50,292 bases of DNA from Alphaproteobacteria bacterium RIFCSPLOWO2_01_FULL_40_26 (GCA_001767955.1 MEMO01000023.1:1-50292); one strand, 5' to 3'; positions 18,784-28,057 are shown, counted from the first letter of the stretch. Notes: generated by a model from the letters alone, not told the origin. Program-made: numbers and translations.

Positions 18784-19226
18784 GCAATATCAAAATCCTG
18801 TCGCAATATGTTAAAAACCTGTCATTCCAGGTGCCGCAAGCTTTTGAAGTGTTTATGAAAAATCCGCAAAAGCCGGATATTTCAGTTGCGATTGATCTCG
18901 ATGCCAAAAAACTTTCAGCGCAAAATTATGAAATAACCATAAAAATTTCTGCCAATGCCACAACAAAACCAGATAAGCTTTTTGATTGCGAAGCCAGCTA
19001 TGCCGGACTTTTCGCTGTGCAGAATGTTGAAGGTGAAATGCTTGAACAGATTTTGCTGATTTATTGTCCAAACCTTCTTTTCCCTTTTTTGCGCCGCATT
19101 GTTGCAAATTTAACCACGGATGCCGGATTTGCGCCGCTAATGCTTGATCCTATTGATTTCGCAACGCTTTATGCCAGAAGAAAAGCGGCTGAAAAAATGC
19201 CGCCGATTAACGATACGGTGAATTAA
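18780..19226 (+). CDS. secB: Protein-export chaperone SecB
   Basis: QYVKNLSF, YAGLF, CPNLLFPFLR, PLMLDPIDF..LY; ATGA overlap with glpX. Confidence 0.93.
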   Translation: MSNIKILSQYVKNLSFQVPQAFEVFMKNPQKPDISVAIDLDAKKLSAQNYEITIKISANATTKPDKLFDCEASYAGLFAVQNVEGEMLEQILLIYCPNLLFPFLRRIVANLTTDAGFAPLMLDPIDFATLYARRKAAEKMPPINDTVN

Positions 19227-19231
19227 AAAAT

Positions 19232-20317
19232 ATGAAAAAAATCACAGCGGTTTTTTTGACACTTTTTTGGATAAATTTTGCTCATGGTGCCGACACTTAC
19301 AAATTTGATCAAAACCACGTCAATATTGACTGGTCTTGTGGGCATTTTGGTTTTTCCTATCCAACCGGAAAATTTACCAATGCTGATGGGGTAATAATTC
19401 TGGATGAAAAAAATCCGCAGAATAGTTCGGTGAAGGTGACGATTTACACATCTTCGTTAAATACCGGCATTGCCAAATTTGATGAACACTTAAAAAGCGC
19501 GGATTTTCTTGATGTGGCACAATTTCCGGTGGCAAAATTTGAAAGTGCGGCAGTAAAAATTACCGGCAAAAAAACCGCCAAAGTTTCAGGAGAATTAACG
19601 CTTCATGGCATAACCGATCGTGTGGTTCTTGATGTTAGACTTAACAAAATTGGTGTTAATCCTTTCTCGCAGAAAAAAACCATCGGTTTTAGCGCGGAAA
19701 CAACAATCAAGCGTTCAAAATTCGGCATGCAATTTGGTCTGCCGGGAATTTCTGATGAGGTAAAAATTGCTATTGAGGCTGAAGGAATCCTTGTTTCATC
19801 TGATGATTTGCCTTCCGACATTGCCTGGAAAATCATACCGGAAAAAAGTTCAATGAAATTCACAGCGATGCAGGATCAATCCCTGATTTCCGGCTCTTTC
19901 AAAAAATTTGACGGCAAAATTAATTTTGATCCAAAACATTTGCAGGAAAGCAATGTTGAAATCGAAATCGATACCACTTCTGTTGATACTTCTTTTGCTG
20001 AAGCGCTGGATGCAATTCAAAACGCAGCATGGCTTGCAACCAAAGCCTTCCCCAAAGCGATTTTCAAAGCGACAAAATTTATTCATCTTTCCGGCAAAAA
20101 CGAATTTCGCGCTGCTGGAGTTTTAACATTAAAGGGAAAATCCGTGCCGGTTAATCTTGATTTTGTCTTGAAGGAATATGGCAAAACCAACGCCCACATG
20201 ACCGGAACTGCAACGTTAAGACGCAACAATTTTGATATCGGCCACCGCGATCCAAAAAAGGCCAATGGAATTCGTGATGAAATTATAATCGATGTTGAGG
20301 TGTTTGCGCAGAAATAG
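19232..20317 (+). CDS. Periplasmic tandem double-YceI protein
   Basis: Signal peptide; two YceI repeats (H.GFS...DEHLKSADFLD..FP..GELTLHG; WL....FP..GVLTLKG..R..F.IG). Confidence 0.85.
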   Translation: MKKITAVFLTLFWINFAHGADTYKFDQNHVNIDWSCGHFGFSYPTGKFTNADGVIILDEKNPQNSSVKVTIYTSSLNTGIAKFDEHLKSADFLDVAQFPVAKFESAAVKITGKKTAKVSGELTLHGITDRVVLDVRLNKIGVNPFSQKKTIGFSAETTIKRSKFGMQFGLPGISDEVKIAIEAEGILVSSDDLPSDIAWKIIPEKSSMKFTAMQDQSLISGSFKKFDGKINFDPKHLQESNVEIEIDTTSVDTSFAEALDAIQNAAWLATKAFPKAIFKATKFIHLSGKNEFRAAGVLTLKGKSVPVNLDFVLKEYGKTNAHMTGTATLRRNNFDIGHRDPKKANGIRDEIIIDVEVFAQK

Positions 20318-20318
20318 T

Positions 20319-20346
20319 GGCCATATCCAAATCAACTTTCTGAAAA
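20319..20346 (-). mobile_element. Truncated family-A MITE end, opposite orientation
   Basis: GGCCATATCCAAATCAACTTTCTGAAAA versus consensus end GGCCATGTCGCAAATCAACTTTCTGAAAA. Confidence 0.75.
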
Positions 20347-20511
20347 CGTCTCCACAAATTGCTGTTGTAAATGAATCACAAGATTCACTGCAGCAAGAAA
20401 AAACAGATTTCTATAATCTTGTTTCACCTACCCACCTCCAATCCTTCCTCCAAAACTACCACCTCAACCCCAACCTCTCCGATTTCGCGGTTGTTCTTAA
20501 AATTCTGTGTC

Positions 20512-20675
20512 TAGAGCCTGTCTTCAAACTCATCACAGCTCGATTTTTCAGAAATTTTGAGCGACTTTTCGGCAAAATTTTGCTGCTGTATCTGGCATAC
20601 TGCAAAAAATTTTGCCGAAAAACGAGCCAAAATTTGTGGAAAAGCGAGCTGTGATGAGTTTGAAGACAGGCTCTA
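20512..20675. mobile_element. Family-B palindromic MITE (160 bp plus TA duplication), copy 1
   Basis: TA-GAGCCTGTCTTCAAACTCATCACAGCTCG...CGAGCTGTGATGAGTTTGAAGACAGGCTC-TA; near-identical to 36783-36946. Confidence 0.95.
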
Positions 20676-20681
20676 ATCAAC

Positions 20682-20760
20682 AGATCCTGAAACAAGTTCA
20701 GGATGACTGGCTTTAAGATCGGTGTTTCCAAGATGTCATCCTGAACTTGTTTCAGGATCT
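20682..20760. repeat. Family-E REP-like inverted hairpin pair
   Basis: AGATCCTGAAACAAGTTCAGGATGAC ... TGTCATCCTGAACTTGTTTCAGGATCT; also at 32702-32766. Confidence 0.9.
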
Positions 20761-20879
20761 AATTTTCTCGGACACAAGATTTTAAGAACAACCACAAAAA
20801 CCTCTTCAAACTAAAAACCACAATCACTGACGGTGAAGCTAAAACCAGTGGGGAGATCGGATATGAAGAAATCAGCTAA

Positions 20880-20995
20880 AAACGCCAATTCCGGATAAGG
20901 CATCAAGCCAATCTCGATTAGTTCCCTCTCCCACAAGGGGAGAGGGGAGTAGATCGAGAAAAATTTAGGCAGGTTCTTATCCGGAATTGGCGTTT
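20880..20995. mobile_element. Family-C MITE: 20-bp perfect terminal IR with central CCCTCTCCC/GGGAGAGGG hairpin
   Basis: AAACGCCAATTCCGGATAAG / CTTATCCGGAATTGGCGTTT; single copy in this window. Confidence 0.75.
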
Positions 20996-21245
20996 AAAGG
21001 CTGAACAGGGGCAGTTTATTGAGCGGTTTAATGAGGATTTACAAATTTTCGTTCAAGGGAATTTGCGGTATCTAAGAAAAGAGTTTAACAAGGTGAGAAT
21101 CATAAAAAATTTAGTGTCTATTTTTAATCAAAATCCAGAAAATTTCTTTGATTTAAGAATTTTTAATTGAGAAAATTAATCTGAGTTTTAGAGAAAAAAT
21201 TCTTCGTAAAACCAGTTGAAATTTCACCAAAAAAATCGCCTAAAA

Positions 21246-21686
21246 ATGAACATCACAAATAACAAAAAAACATCCGAAAAAAAGTTAGCTGTTCTCAAGA
21301 AAGCCCTCCTTCTATTTCTTTCAGTTTTTCTATTTGTAACGACAGCCGCCTGCTCCTCTGTGTTTAATAAGTTTAGGAAGGGGTTTTATTTTGAGAAATA
21401 TGGAATTGCACAAGAAGCGCAGGAAGCGTTATTAGAAGCGTATCCAATCGGATCAAGTGTTAAGAAATTAGTTAAAATATTAGAAAAAGCAGGATCGAAA
21501 TGTGGAACGATAATTAATCCAGAATTTCAAAATAAATCAGAGTATAAAAATTTGATTTATTGTGATTATTATAAATCAAAATTTCTTTTTTTTTCAGTAG
21601 AGTGGAGAGTTTTAGTTAGATTTACTTTAGAAAAGCCTGACAAAATTTCTTCGATAAAATTACTTAAGTTTTTTCATGTTTTATAA
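21246..21686 (+). CDS. Predicted lipoprotein directly upstream of the RTX gene (candidate immunity/partner protein)
   Basis: Basic N-region, hydrophobic stretch, TAA-C lipobox; very AT-rich; 27 bp from RTX start. Confidence 0.7.
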   Translation: MNITNNKKTSEKKLAVLKKALLLFLSVFLFVTTAACSSVFNKFRKGFYFEKYGIAQEAQEALLEAYPIGSSVKKLVKILEKAGSKCGTIINPEFQNKSEYKNLIYCDYYKSKFLFFSVEWRVLVRFTLEKPDKISSIKLLKFFHVL

Positions 21687-21713
21687 GTTTTTAACCTTAA
21701 ATTCTAAATAACA

Positions 21714-24700
21714 ATGCCAGCTAAAATCGAAATCAAATCACGACAAACAGATTACAATAATTTTCTTCCTAGCGATCCTAATCACATGTATATTGTTTAT
21801 ACAAATGAAGCAGGGGAGAGTAGGGTTTTGAGAGGTAATCCAAAAAATGAAACGTTGTTTGGGGCTTTGTTTGATGACATTTTGATTGTTGATACGAACT
21901 ATGATGAAACCTCTCCAGATTGGGATTCAAGTGGCACACACCCCCACCAACCAATCTTCACCGGCACCGACTCAGAAATGTATTCCCTAATCTCCCTTGC
22001 CATCACCGAAATGAACCGCATCAACTCTCAAGGCTATGATTACAATCTCCCGATTTTCGAAACACTTCTTCCAAACACTCCATGGGCTGAATTAAATAAT
22101 CAAAATAGCAACTCATCTGCGATGGCTTTAGCTAAAGTCATGGGATTTGAAAATCAGATATTGCGATTCATTTATATCAACAATCTCAATGTCCCAGGAT
22201 ATGATTCACCAATTGAACATTCTGTTTTTGAAAAATCAGTTGATTCGCTTTTTAGTGCCATAAGTTCCTCTAGCCAATCCATTAGTAATTTTTTGAATGT
22301 AGCAGCAAACCTTCTCGGAATAAGCATTATTAATGAGAAGGATTTTGCTCTCGAACTGCTAACAAAAGAATTTCTTTCAGCCAATCCGCAGTTTAATGGC
22401 TTAAAGCTAAAACTTAACCTTGTTGAATCATCCCACCTCCAATCCTTCCTCCAAACCTACCACCTCAACTCCAACCTCTCCGATTTTGCAGGAATTATTC
22501 CAAGCGTTATAATCAATGACGGCAACGGAGGAAACTTCAACCTCACAGCCCTTCCAGATTTCTCCAACCTCATCGGCGAAGAACAAGATTCAGTCTGGAA
22601 TAACTTCACCAACCAGTTTCTCGAATCAGCTTTATCTTCCTTCAACTACGACATTGACCAATTCACCAATTTCCTGAACCAGAACAGAATCTCATTCTTC
22701 CAATTTAACTCCGATCTAACCTCATCTCTTGGAGCTGATGGAGATGATGAAGGCATATTCTCCCCCTCCTTCGATTCCTACTTCAACCAGTCAATCCTAA
22801 AAAATCTCAATCTCGACAAAAACCTCTTCAAACTAAAAACCACAATCACTGACGGTGAAGCTAAAACCAGCGGAGAGATTGGATATGAAGAAGTAAGTTA
22901 TAATGAACCGGACTTTACGCAGAGACAAACCACAACAACTCAAACCATTGCAATTCCTGCAGATCAGATTGGTAATGCAATCTACTATCTCGAATCACAA
23001 GATTATAAAAACATCGAAGAATTCGAAAACGACCAGCTAAATCTACAGCAGGAATATGACAGAATCACCAGATGGATGGTGGATGATTTAAAGATTGAAC
23101 AGGGGCAGTTTATTGAGCGGTTTAATGAGGATTTACAAAATTTTATTCAAGAAAACTCGCAGGATTGGCAGGAGAAATTTTCGGATTTTTCGCATAATTA
23201 TGATTTGGAATGGAAGGATTTAACGAGAAATGCTATCTCCAATTGGCACGCCGATGTTGAAGCTTTGCTCGATGAATATGAAGGTATCACCTACTACAAT
23301 CCTGAAACTTATCAAATTTCAGACATCACCGGCACTTTAAAATCAGGGCTTGGTGGAGATTGGGATTTTGATCCATGGAATGAGGATGGTGAAATTCTCG
23401 CTCATGGTTATTGGGAGATAGCACAGGATTTTGAAATTGTTGGGGAGTTTGAGGATTATTGGCGGTGGTTTGATTCCAATTCTGACGGCTTTATTTCGCA
23501 GGAAGAATTTTATGAGGATTGGAATAAATTTATCACCTATCTTGAGGATAATGGCTATTATGAAAGGCTGGAAGCTTTTGATTACAGCGAACTAAGCTAT
23601 AATGGTCCGGAATATTTTGAACAATTCGATGATAATGGTGATGGCTTGATTAATGAATATGAATTTGATTATGGCGGTGAGGATGATTACCGCGAGTGGG
23701 CATTGTGGGATTCTTCTGATGGTTATTGGGCTGATTATAATCCTTACGATGAAATCAATTGGCAGGAAGCTTTAATCATGGCCGATTGGTCGCCATATGA
23801 ATCAATCGAGGAGGCGTTTGATGTTGTTCATAGCGTGAATTTTAGCGAACGCTGGGTTTATGTTGATGAAGATTATGTCGCCTCTGATTATTGGGACATT
23901 GAAGCCGAAGTGAGTTTTGAAACTACTAGTCCCGATTATTCCGAACTTCATTTCAGCAATTTCATTTCCGCTAATTCCTGGGAACTTGAAATCAGCACAG
24001 AATGGAAGCCAAGTGATATCGCATTCGATGTTAATTTTGATGCCAATTTCAATTTTGATGTTGAAGCAATCAACCGCGCTTTCGAACAATTTGCTTATGA
24101 TTTCCTCTACCAACCGCTCGTTGATTATCGCGATTACGACACTGCAAAATTTGAAAATGCCAGCTATAGCCTTGTTGAATCGGACAATGCGGTAATTTCT
24201 GGAGGAGTTGCAAATGAAATCATCATTTCAAAAGCAATATCACTACAAGTCGATGCCGGCGATGGTTTAGATATCGTCAATGGCAGTGAAGGCGCTGACG
24301 AAATTGATGGCGGGAATGGCGATGACATTCTGATTGGTAATGGCGGCAACGATGTTTTGCGTGGTGGTGAGGGTAATGATCTGTTTGTTTTCGATAGCTC
24401 TAATGATGGTGCAAGCCAAGTCATTGATTCCGATGGTGCCATCATCATCGATGAAAAAAGATTGGCAGGAATTGCCATTCAAGATGGCAATTCAGATCGT
24501 TTCATGCTTGGCGCAAAAACATTGCAGATGATTGAAAATGACTTGCTGGTTTCTTACGGAACTAACAACTCAATTCTGATCAAAAATTTTGAGGATAAAA
24601 AATTTGGTATCACTCTTAATCGCAATCCGGAAAGCAATCTAGAACATGTTGAAATCGATGAAGATAATGCAGTGATATTTGATGTTTTGGCCAGCGTTTC

Positions 24701-26078
24701 CGATGTGGACAATGATCAACTAAATCTTGCCGCAATCAATCAGCCGGAAAATGGCAAAGCAGAAATTATTGACGGCAAAATCAAATATACTCCAAACTCC
24801 AATTGGCATGGCTCTGATAGTTTGCGTTATCTCATTTCCGATGGTCGTGGCGGATTTTTGGAAAAAACTTTGAGCATCGCAGTAAATTCAGTAAATGATG
24901 CTTTGGCTATCGATTATTCAATAGGCAATCTCTCGGCTAAAACCACTCAACAATTTATCTTCAAACTCCCGGCTGATTTAATTTCTGACATTGACAGCGA
25001 TGCCCAAATACAAATCAAAAAAGCCGATGGTTCAGATTTGCCATCATGGTTAAGTTTTAATTCGGAAACCAAAGAACTCCGCGGCACTCCACCATCATCA
25101 GCCTATGGTTTACAAAATTTTATCCTCATTGTTTCTGATGCTGAATATGAAGTCAGGAAAAATTTTGGTTTGGTGGTGGATTCCGATTTAACTCTAAAAT
25201 CAGGAGCAAATCTAATTACCGCCAATGAAAATAATGATCCCATCTCTTCTTCAGAGGGAAACAAAGCCGATCTCGTTATTGGCGATGAGCGTGATAATGT
25301 CCTCGAATTTAAATCTGACGGCAATTGGTCTAAGCCAAGTTACTGGGCCTGGAATCCATATACCAACGATTGGGTTAGAATCTTTACAAAAATTAGAAGC
25401 TTTGATGCCTTTGATGGTAAAGGTGGTTATGATATCCTTAATCTTACTGATGGCCATGATACAATCTTTCTTGATGATCAATATTCACAAAATGGCAGTC
25501 AAAGTGGAGCAAGATTAGCTAATATCGAAGAAATCAACGGCTCCGACGGTGATGATATCATTGATCTTTCTTCCCGAAAATACACCTACAACGACATCAC
25601 CCTTAATGGCAATGATGGCAACGATGTTCTCTGGTCAAACGACGGCAACGACATCATCAATGGCGGGGCAGGAAATGATCACATAGTCGGCGGCAGAGGA
25701 GATGATATTCTCAATGGCGATGAAGGAAACGACATCATCAAAGGCCATGACGGCAATGACACAATCGATGGCGGAAAAGATAACGATAAAATCACCGGCG
25801 GATTAGGCGCCGATATTTTAAGCGGAGGCATTGGCAATGATGTCTTTATCTATGAAAACATCGCAGATTCAACCAGAGACAACACCGACCTCATCCTCGA
25901 TTTCATCCAAAACCAGGACAAAATCGATCTCTCCCAAATCGCAGAAATAAACTCCCTTGACGATCTCAACATCATTTTCCAAAACAACCAAACCCTAATT
26001 GAAGCCCAAGACCACGATTTCCAAATCAAACTCAATCAACAGATACAGCTTACGGAGCAGGATTTTTTGTTTAGTTGA
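21714..26078 (+). CDS. Large RTX-type calcium-binding protein, type I secretion substrate
   Basis: GGxGxDxLx nonapeptides in two clusters, cadherin/Ig-like domains (DVDND.L, VNSVND, LPSWLSF), C-terminal D.I.DF...DKIDLS...DFLF signal, two EF-hand-like loops. Confidence 0.92.
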   Translation: MPAKIEIKSRQTDYNNFLPSDPNHMYIVYTNEAGESRVLRGNPKNETLFGALFDDILIVDTNYDETSPDWDSSGTHPHQPIFTGTDSEMYSLISLAITEMNRINSQGYDYNLPIFETLLPNTPWAELNNQNSNSSAMALAKVMGFENQILRFIYINNLNVPGYDSPIEHSVFEKSVDSLFSAISSSSQSISNFLNVAANLLGISIINEKDFALELLTKEFLSANPQFNGLKLKLNLVESSHLQSFLQTYHLNSNLSDFAGIIPSVIINDGNGGNFNLTALPDFSNLIGEEQDSVWNNFTNQFLESALSSFNYDIDQFTNFLNQNRISFFQFNSDLTSSLGADGDDEGIFSPSFDSYFNQSILKNLNLDKNLFKLKTTITDGEAKTSGEIGYEEVSYNEPDFTQRQTTTTQTIAIPADQIGNAIYYLESQDYKNIEEFENDQLNLQQEYDRITRWMVDDLKIEQGQFIERFNEDLQNFIQENSQDWQEKFSDFSHNYDLEWKDLTRNAISNWHADVEALLDEYEGITYYNPETYQISDITGTLKSGLGGDWDFDPWNEDGEILAHGYWEIAQDFEIVGEFEDYWRWFDSNSDGFISQEEFYEDWNKFITYLEDNGYYERLEAFDYSELSYNGPEYFEQFDDNGDGLINEYEFDYGGEDDYREWALWDSSDGYWADYNPYDEINWQEALIMADWSPYESIEEAFDVVHSVNFSERWVYVDEDYVASDYWDIEAEVSFETTSPDYSELHFSNFISANSWELEISTEWKPSDIAFDVNFDANFNFDVEAINRAFEQFAYDFLYQPLVDYRDYDTAKFENASYSLVESDNAVISGGVANEIIISKAISLQVDAGDGLDIVNGSEGADEIDGGNGDDILIGNGGNDVLRGGEGNDLFVFDSSNDGASQVIDSDGAIIIDEKRLAGIAIQDGNSDRFMLGAKTLQMIENDLLVSYGTNNSILIKNFEDKKFGITLNRNPESNLEHVEIDEDNAVIFDVLASVSDVDNDQLNLAAINQPENGKAEIIDGKIKYTPNSNWHGSDSLRYLISDGRGGFLEKTLSIAVNSVNDALAIDYSIGNLSAKTTQQFIFKLPADLISDIDSDAQIQIKKADGSDLPSWLSFNSETKELRGTPPSSAYGLQNFILIVSDAEYEVRKNFGLVVDSDLTLKSGANLITANENNDPISSSEGNKADLVIGDERDNVLEFKSDGNWSKPSYWAWNPYTNDWVRIFTKIRSFDAFDGKGGYDILNLTDGHDTIFLDDQYSQNGSQSGARLANIEEINGSDGDDIIDLSSRKYTYNDITLNGNDGNDVLWSNDGNDIINGGAGNDHIVGGRGDDILNGDEGNDIIKGHDGNDTIDGGKDNDKITGGLGADILSGGIGNDVFIYENIADSTRDNTDLILDFIQNQDKIDLSQIAEINSLDDLNIIFQNNQTLIEAQDHDFQIKLNQQIQLTEQDFLFS

Positions 26079-26097
26079 GTTTAATTGCACCTTCTAA

Positions 26098-26218
26098 GAG
26101 CCTGTCTTAAAACCCACCGCGCCTCGCTTTTCCATAAATTTTGGCTCGTTTTTTGGCAAAATTTTGCCGCTGTATCCGGCATAATCGGGTTGAAACAGGA
26201 TGATTTTAAGATGGGCTC
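26098..26218. mobile_element. Degenerate, internally deleted family-B MITE
   Basis: GAGCCTGTCTTAAAA...TTTTAAGATGGGCTC ends; internal AAATTTTGGCTCGTTTTT and AAAATTTTGCCGCTGTATC match family B. Confidence 0.75.
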
Positions 26219-26291
26219 CAGTCATTTTTATTTCCTTTTAATTTTGCTTTTTTAAAAACTTTTTCTTCTTGTTGCAATCAAGCGTATTTCC

Positions 26292-26636
26292 ATGTTCGAA
26301 ACTGTTAAAATAATCTTCATTACCAAAGGTGAAAAAAAGGAATTTCAGGTTCCTGCTGGAACAACCGTGCTTGAAGCTGCCCATCAAAATAACATTGATT
26401 TGGAGGGCGCATGCGAAGGCTCTCTCGCTTGCTCGACTTGTCATGTCATTCTTGACCAACAATTTTACAACAAATTGTCACCAGCAAGTGAAGACGAAGA
26501 AGATATGCTTGACTTGGCATTTGGTTTAACTCCAACTTCGCGTTTGGGTTGTCAAATCATTCTTACTAAAGAATTGGATGGGTTAACTCTGACTGTGCCG
26601 GAGGAGACTCGCAACGTTTCAATCAACAACAATTAA
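26292..26636 (+). CDS. fdx: Adrenodoxin-type 2Fe-2S ferredoxin
   Basis: [14 protein letters not shown] ... SRLGCQ. Confidence 0.95.
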   Translation: MFETVKIIFITKGEKKEFQVPAGTTVLEAAHQNNIDLEGACEGSLACSTCHVILDQQFYNKLSPASEDEEDMLDLAFGLTPTSRLGCQIILTKELDGLTLTVPEETRNVSINNN

Positions 26637-26644
26637 TTAAAAAT

Positions 26645-28057
26645 ATGAGTAAGGGAATATTGATCAAATTTGTCATCGTTTTAGTTGTAGCCGCTTTGTC
26701 TTATAGCGTGTTTTGGTTTTTTAAAATGGGGCAGGTTGAAAAGCAGATAAACAAATTTATCAGCGAAAATGGTTCCAATATTTCCGCCGGAGAAATTTCA
26801 GTTTCCGGCTTTCCCTTGATGCAAAAAGTGGTGATTAAAGATTTGAAGTTCACAATCCCCAACGCTTTGTTAGACAAACGTCAAGTGATTATAAAAAATC
26901 TTGAAGCAAAAGCGGGAATTTTTTCTTCTGATTTTGCTGTTGCTTTGGTTGAACAAGTTTCAGTTCAGGATATTGATGGCAGCGTTGCTAATGTTGAATT
27001 TAGCAAAGAGCCGGAAATCATGATCTCGTTTAGTGATGGCAGAATTTCCAAATTTTCTTATAACGATTTTGGATACAGAATTTTTGATGCGGAAAAAAAT
27101 GTGATTTATGCGGCTGCAAATTCCAATGTTGTTATTGATTCAGCAGTTTTGGAAGATGAAAAAATTTCAACTAAAATCAGCGTTGTTGCCAGAGACATTG
27201 AAGGTTTTGGTGTGATAGATGCTTACAAAAATGCTTTAGAAAAAAAGATTATTGATGGTTTGAAAACCGGTGAAATTGCAATCGGTAATGCTACCACTGC
27301 CTTGATTCCACCTCAAATCCAGAATGAGCAGGTTCAAAATAGTTCCTCTGTTGCGACACCAAAAGTTGAAACTCCGGCGCAAGCTGTACAAGCACAACAG
27401 ACAGATGGTCAGCAAAATATTACATCTCAAAATCAAGCTCAAAATCAGGAAACGCCAGCTGCAACAACAGCTGAAAATGCTGAAGTTCCGGCAACCATCG
27501 CCGACAATTCCATCGTAAAGAGCAATTTTACTCTTGATGTTGAATATGTGCTGACGCCAAATAAATCAGAACAACAGGTTCCTTTTGATCCGACACAGAT
27601 TCAGGAAATTCCATTGCAATATGCCAAGCTGGTCAAGATCAATAATTTGGATTTCTCAAATCCGCTTTACAAGATAGTGATCAACGGTGAGATGAATGTT
27701 CTTGCCGATGATAATCTTCCTTCCGGCGGTCTTTCCATAAAGGTGGAAAAAATCGATAATCTTGTCAGTCAACTCACAACCGGTTTCACACAAATGGCTG
27801 AAAAAGATAAGACGGTAGTGAGTGCCATTACCGATGTTCAATCATCCGATCTTGCTTCGGCCGGAAATATTTCCGATGATTCTTATCAGGTTTTCTTATC
27901 CAGAATTTCTGCCAATCTTTCTGTTATTGCCAAAGAATTGGCTGCCAAAAATCCGGTAAGCAAGGAAGACGTTGCGCAGTTTGATGTTAGAAGAGAAAAG
28001 AATCTCGATTTTCTGATCAACGAAACCACCATTCGCGAAGTTCTTGGAAAGTTTTAG
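26645..28057 (+). CDS. Hypothetical membrane-anchored periplasmic protein (DUF2125-like N-terminus)
   Basis: N-terminal TM, Y..FW, SGFP motif, Q/A/T-rich linker. Confidence 0.6.
   Translation: MSKGILIKFVIVLVVAALSYSVFWFFKMGQVEKQINKFISENGSNISAGEISVSGFPLMQKVVIKDLKFTIPNALLDKRQVIIKNLEAKAGIFSSDFAVALVEQVSVQDIDGSVANVEFSKEPEIMISFSDGRISKFSYNDFGYRIFDAEKNVIYAAANSNVVIDSAVLEDEKISTKISVVARDIEGFGVIDAYKNALEKKIIDGLKTGEIAIGNATTALIPPQIQNEQVQNSSSVATPKVETPAQAVQAQQTDGQQNITSQNQAQNQETPAATTAENAEVPATIADNSIVKSNFTLDVEYVLTPNKSEQQVPFDPTQIQEIPLQYAKLVKINNLDFSNPLYKIVINGEMNVLADDNLPSGGLSIKVEKIDNLVSQLTTGFTQMAEKDKTVVSAITDVQSSDLASAGNISDDSYQVFLSRISANLSVIAKELAAKNPVSKEDVAQFDVRREKNLDFLINETTIREVLGKF

Larger units (their letters stand above)
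20489..20793. mobile_element. Composite MITE (23-bp terminal IR GGTTGTTCTTAAAAT..TGTGTC) enclosing a family-E hairpin pair, with family B nested inside
   Basis: IRs at 20489-20511 and 20771-20793 differ at 2 positions. Confidence 0.8.
20347..21058 (+). pseudogene. Fragmented remnant of an allele/paralog of the downstream RTX gene
   Basis: 20431-20488 ~ 22432-22489; 20794-20878 ~ 22816-22900; ~20993-21057 ~ 23087-23151; collinear and separated by MITEs. Confidence 0.85.

Noticed and set aside
20292-20731. ORFs 20292-20654 and 20456-20731 (also 36778-36963 and 710-934) as genes
   Set aside because: Chimeric translations of MITEs and pseudogene fragments
20489-20995. CRISPR array or integron attC array
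   Set aside because: No regularly spaced direct repeats with unique spacers, and no cas or intI gene in the window
20431-23151. Remnant and RTX repeats as a diversity-generating retroelement TR/VR pair
   Set aside because: Differences are not adenine-specific, are largely synonymous, and no reverse transcriptase is present
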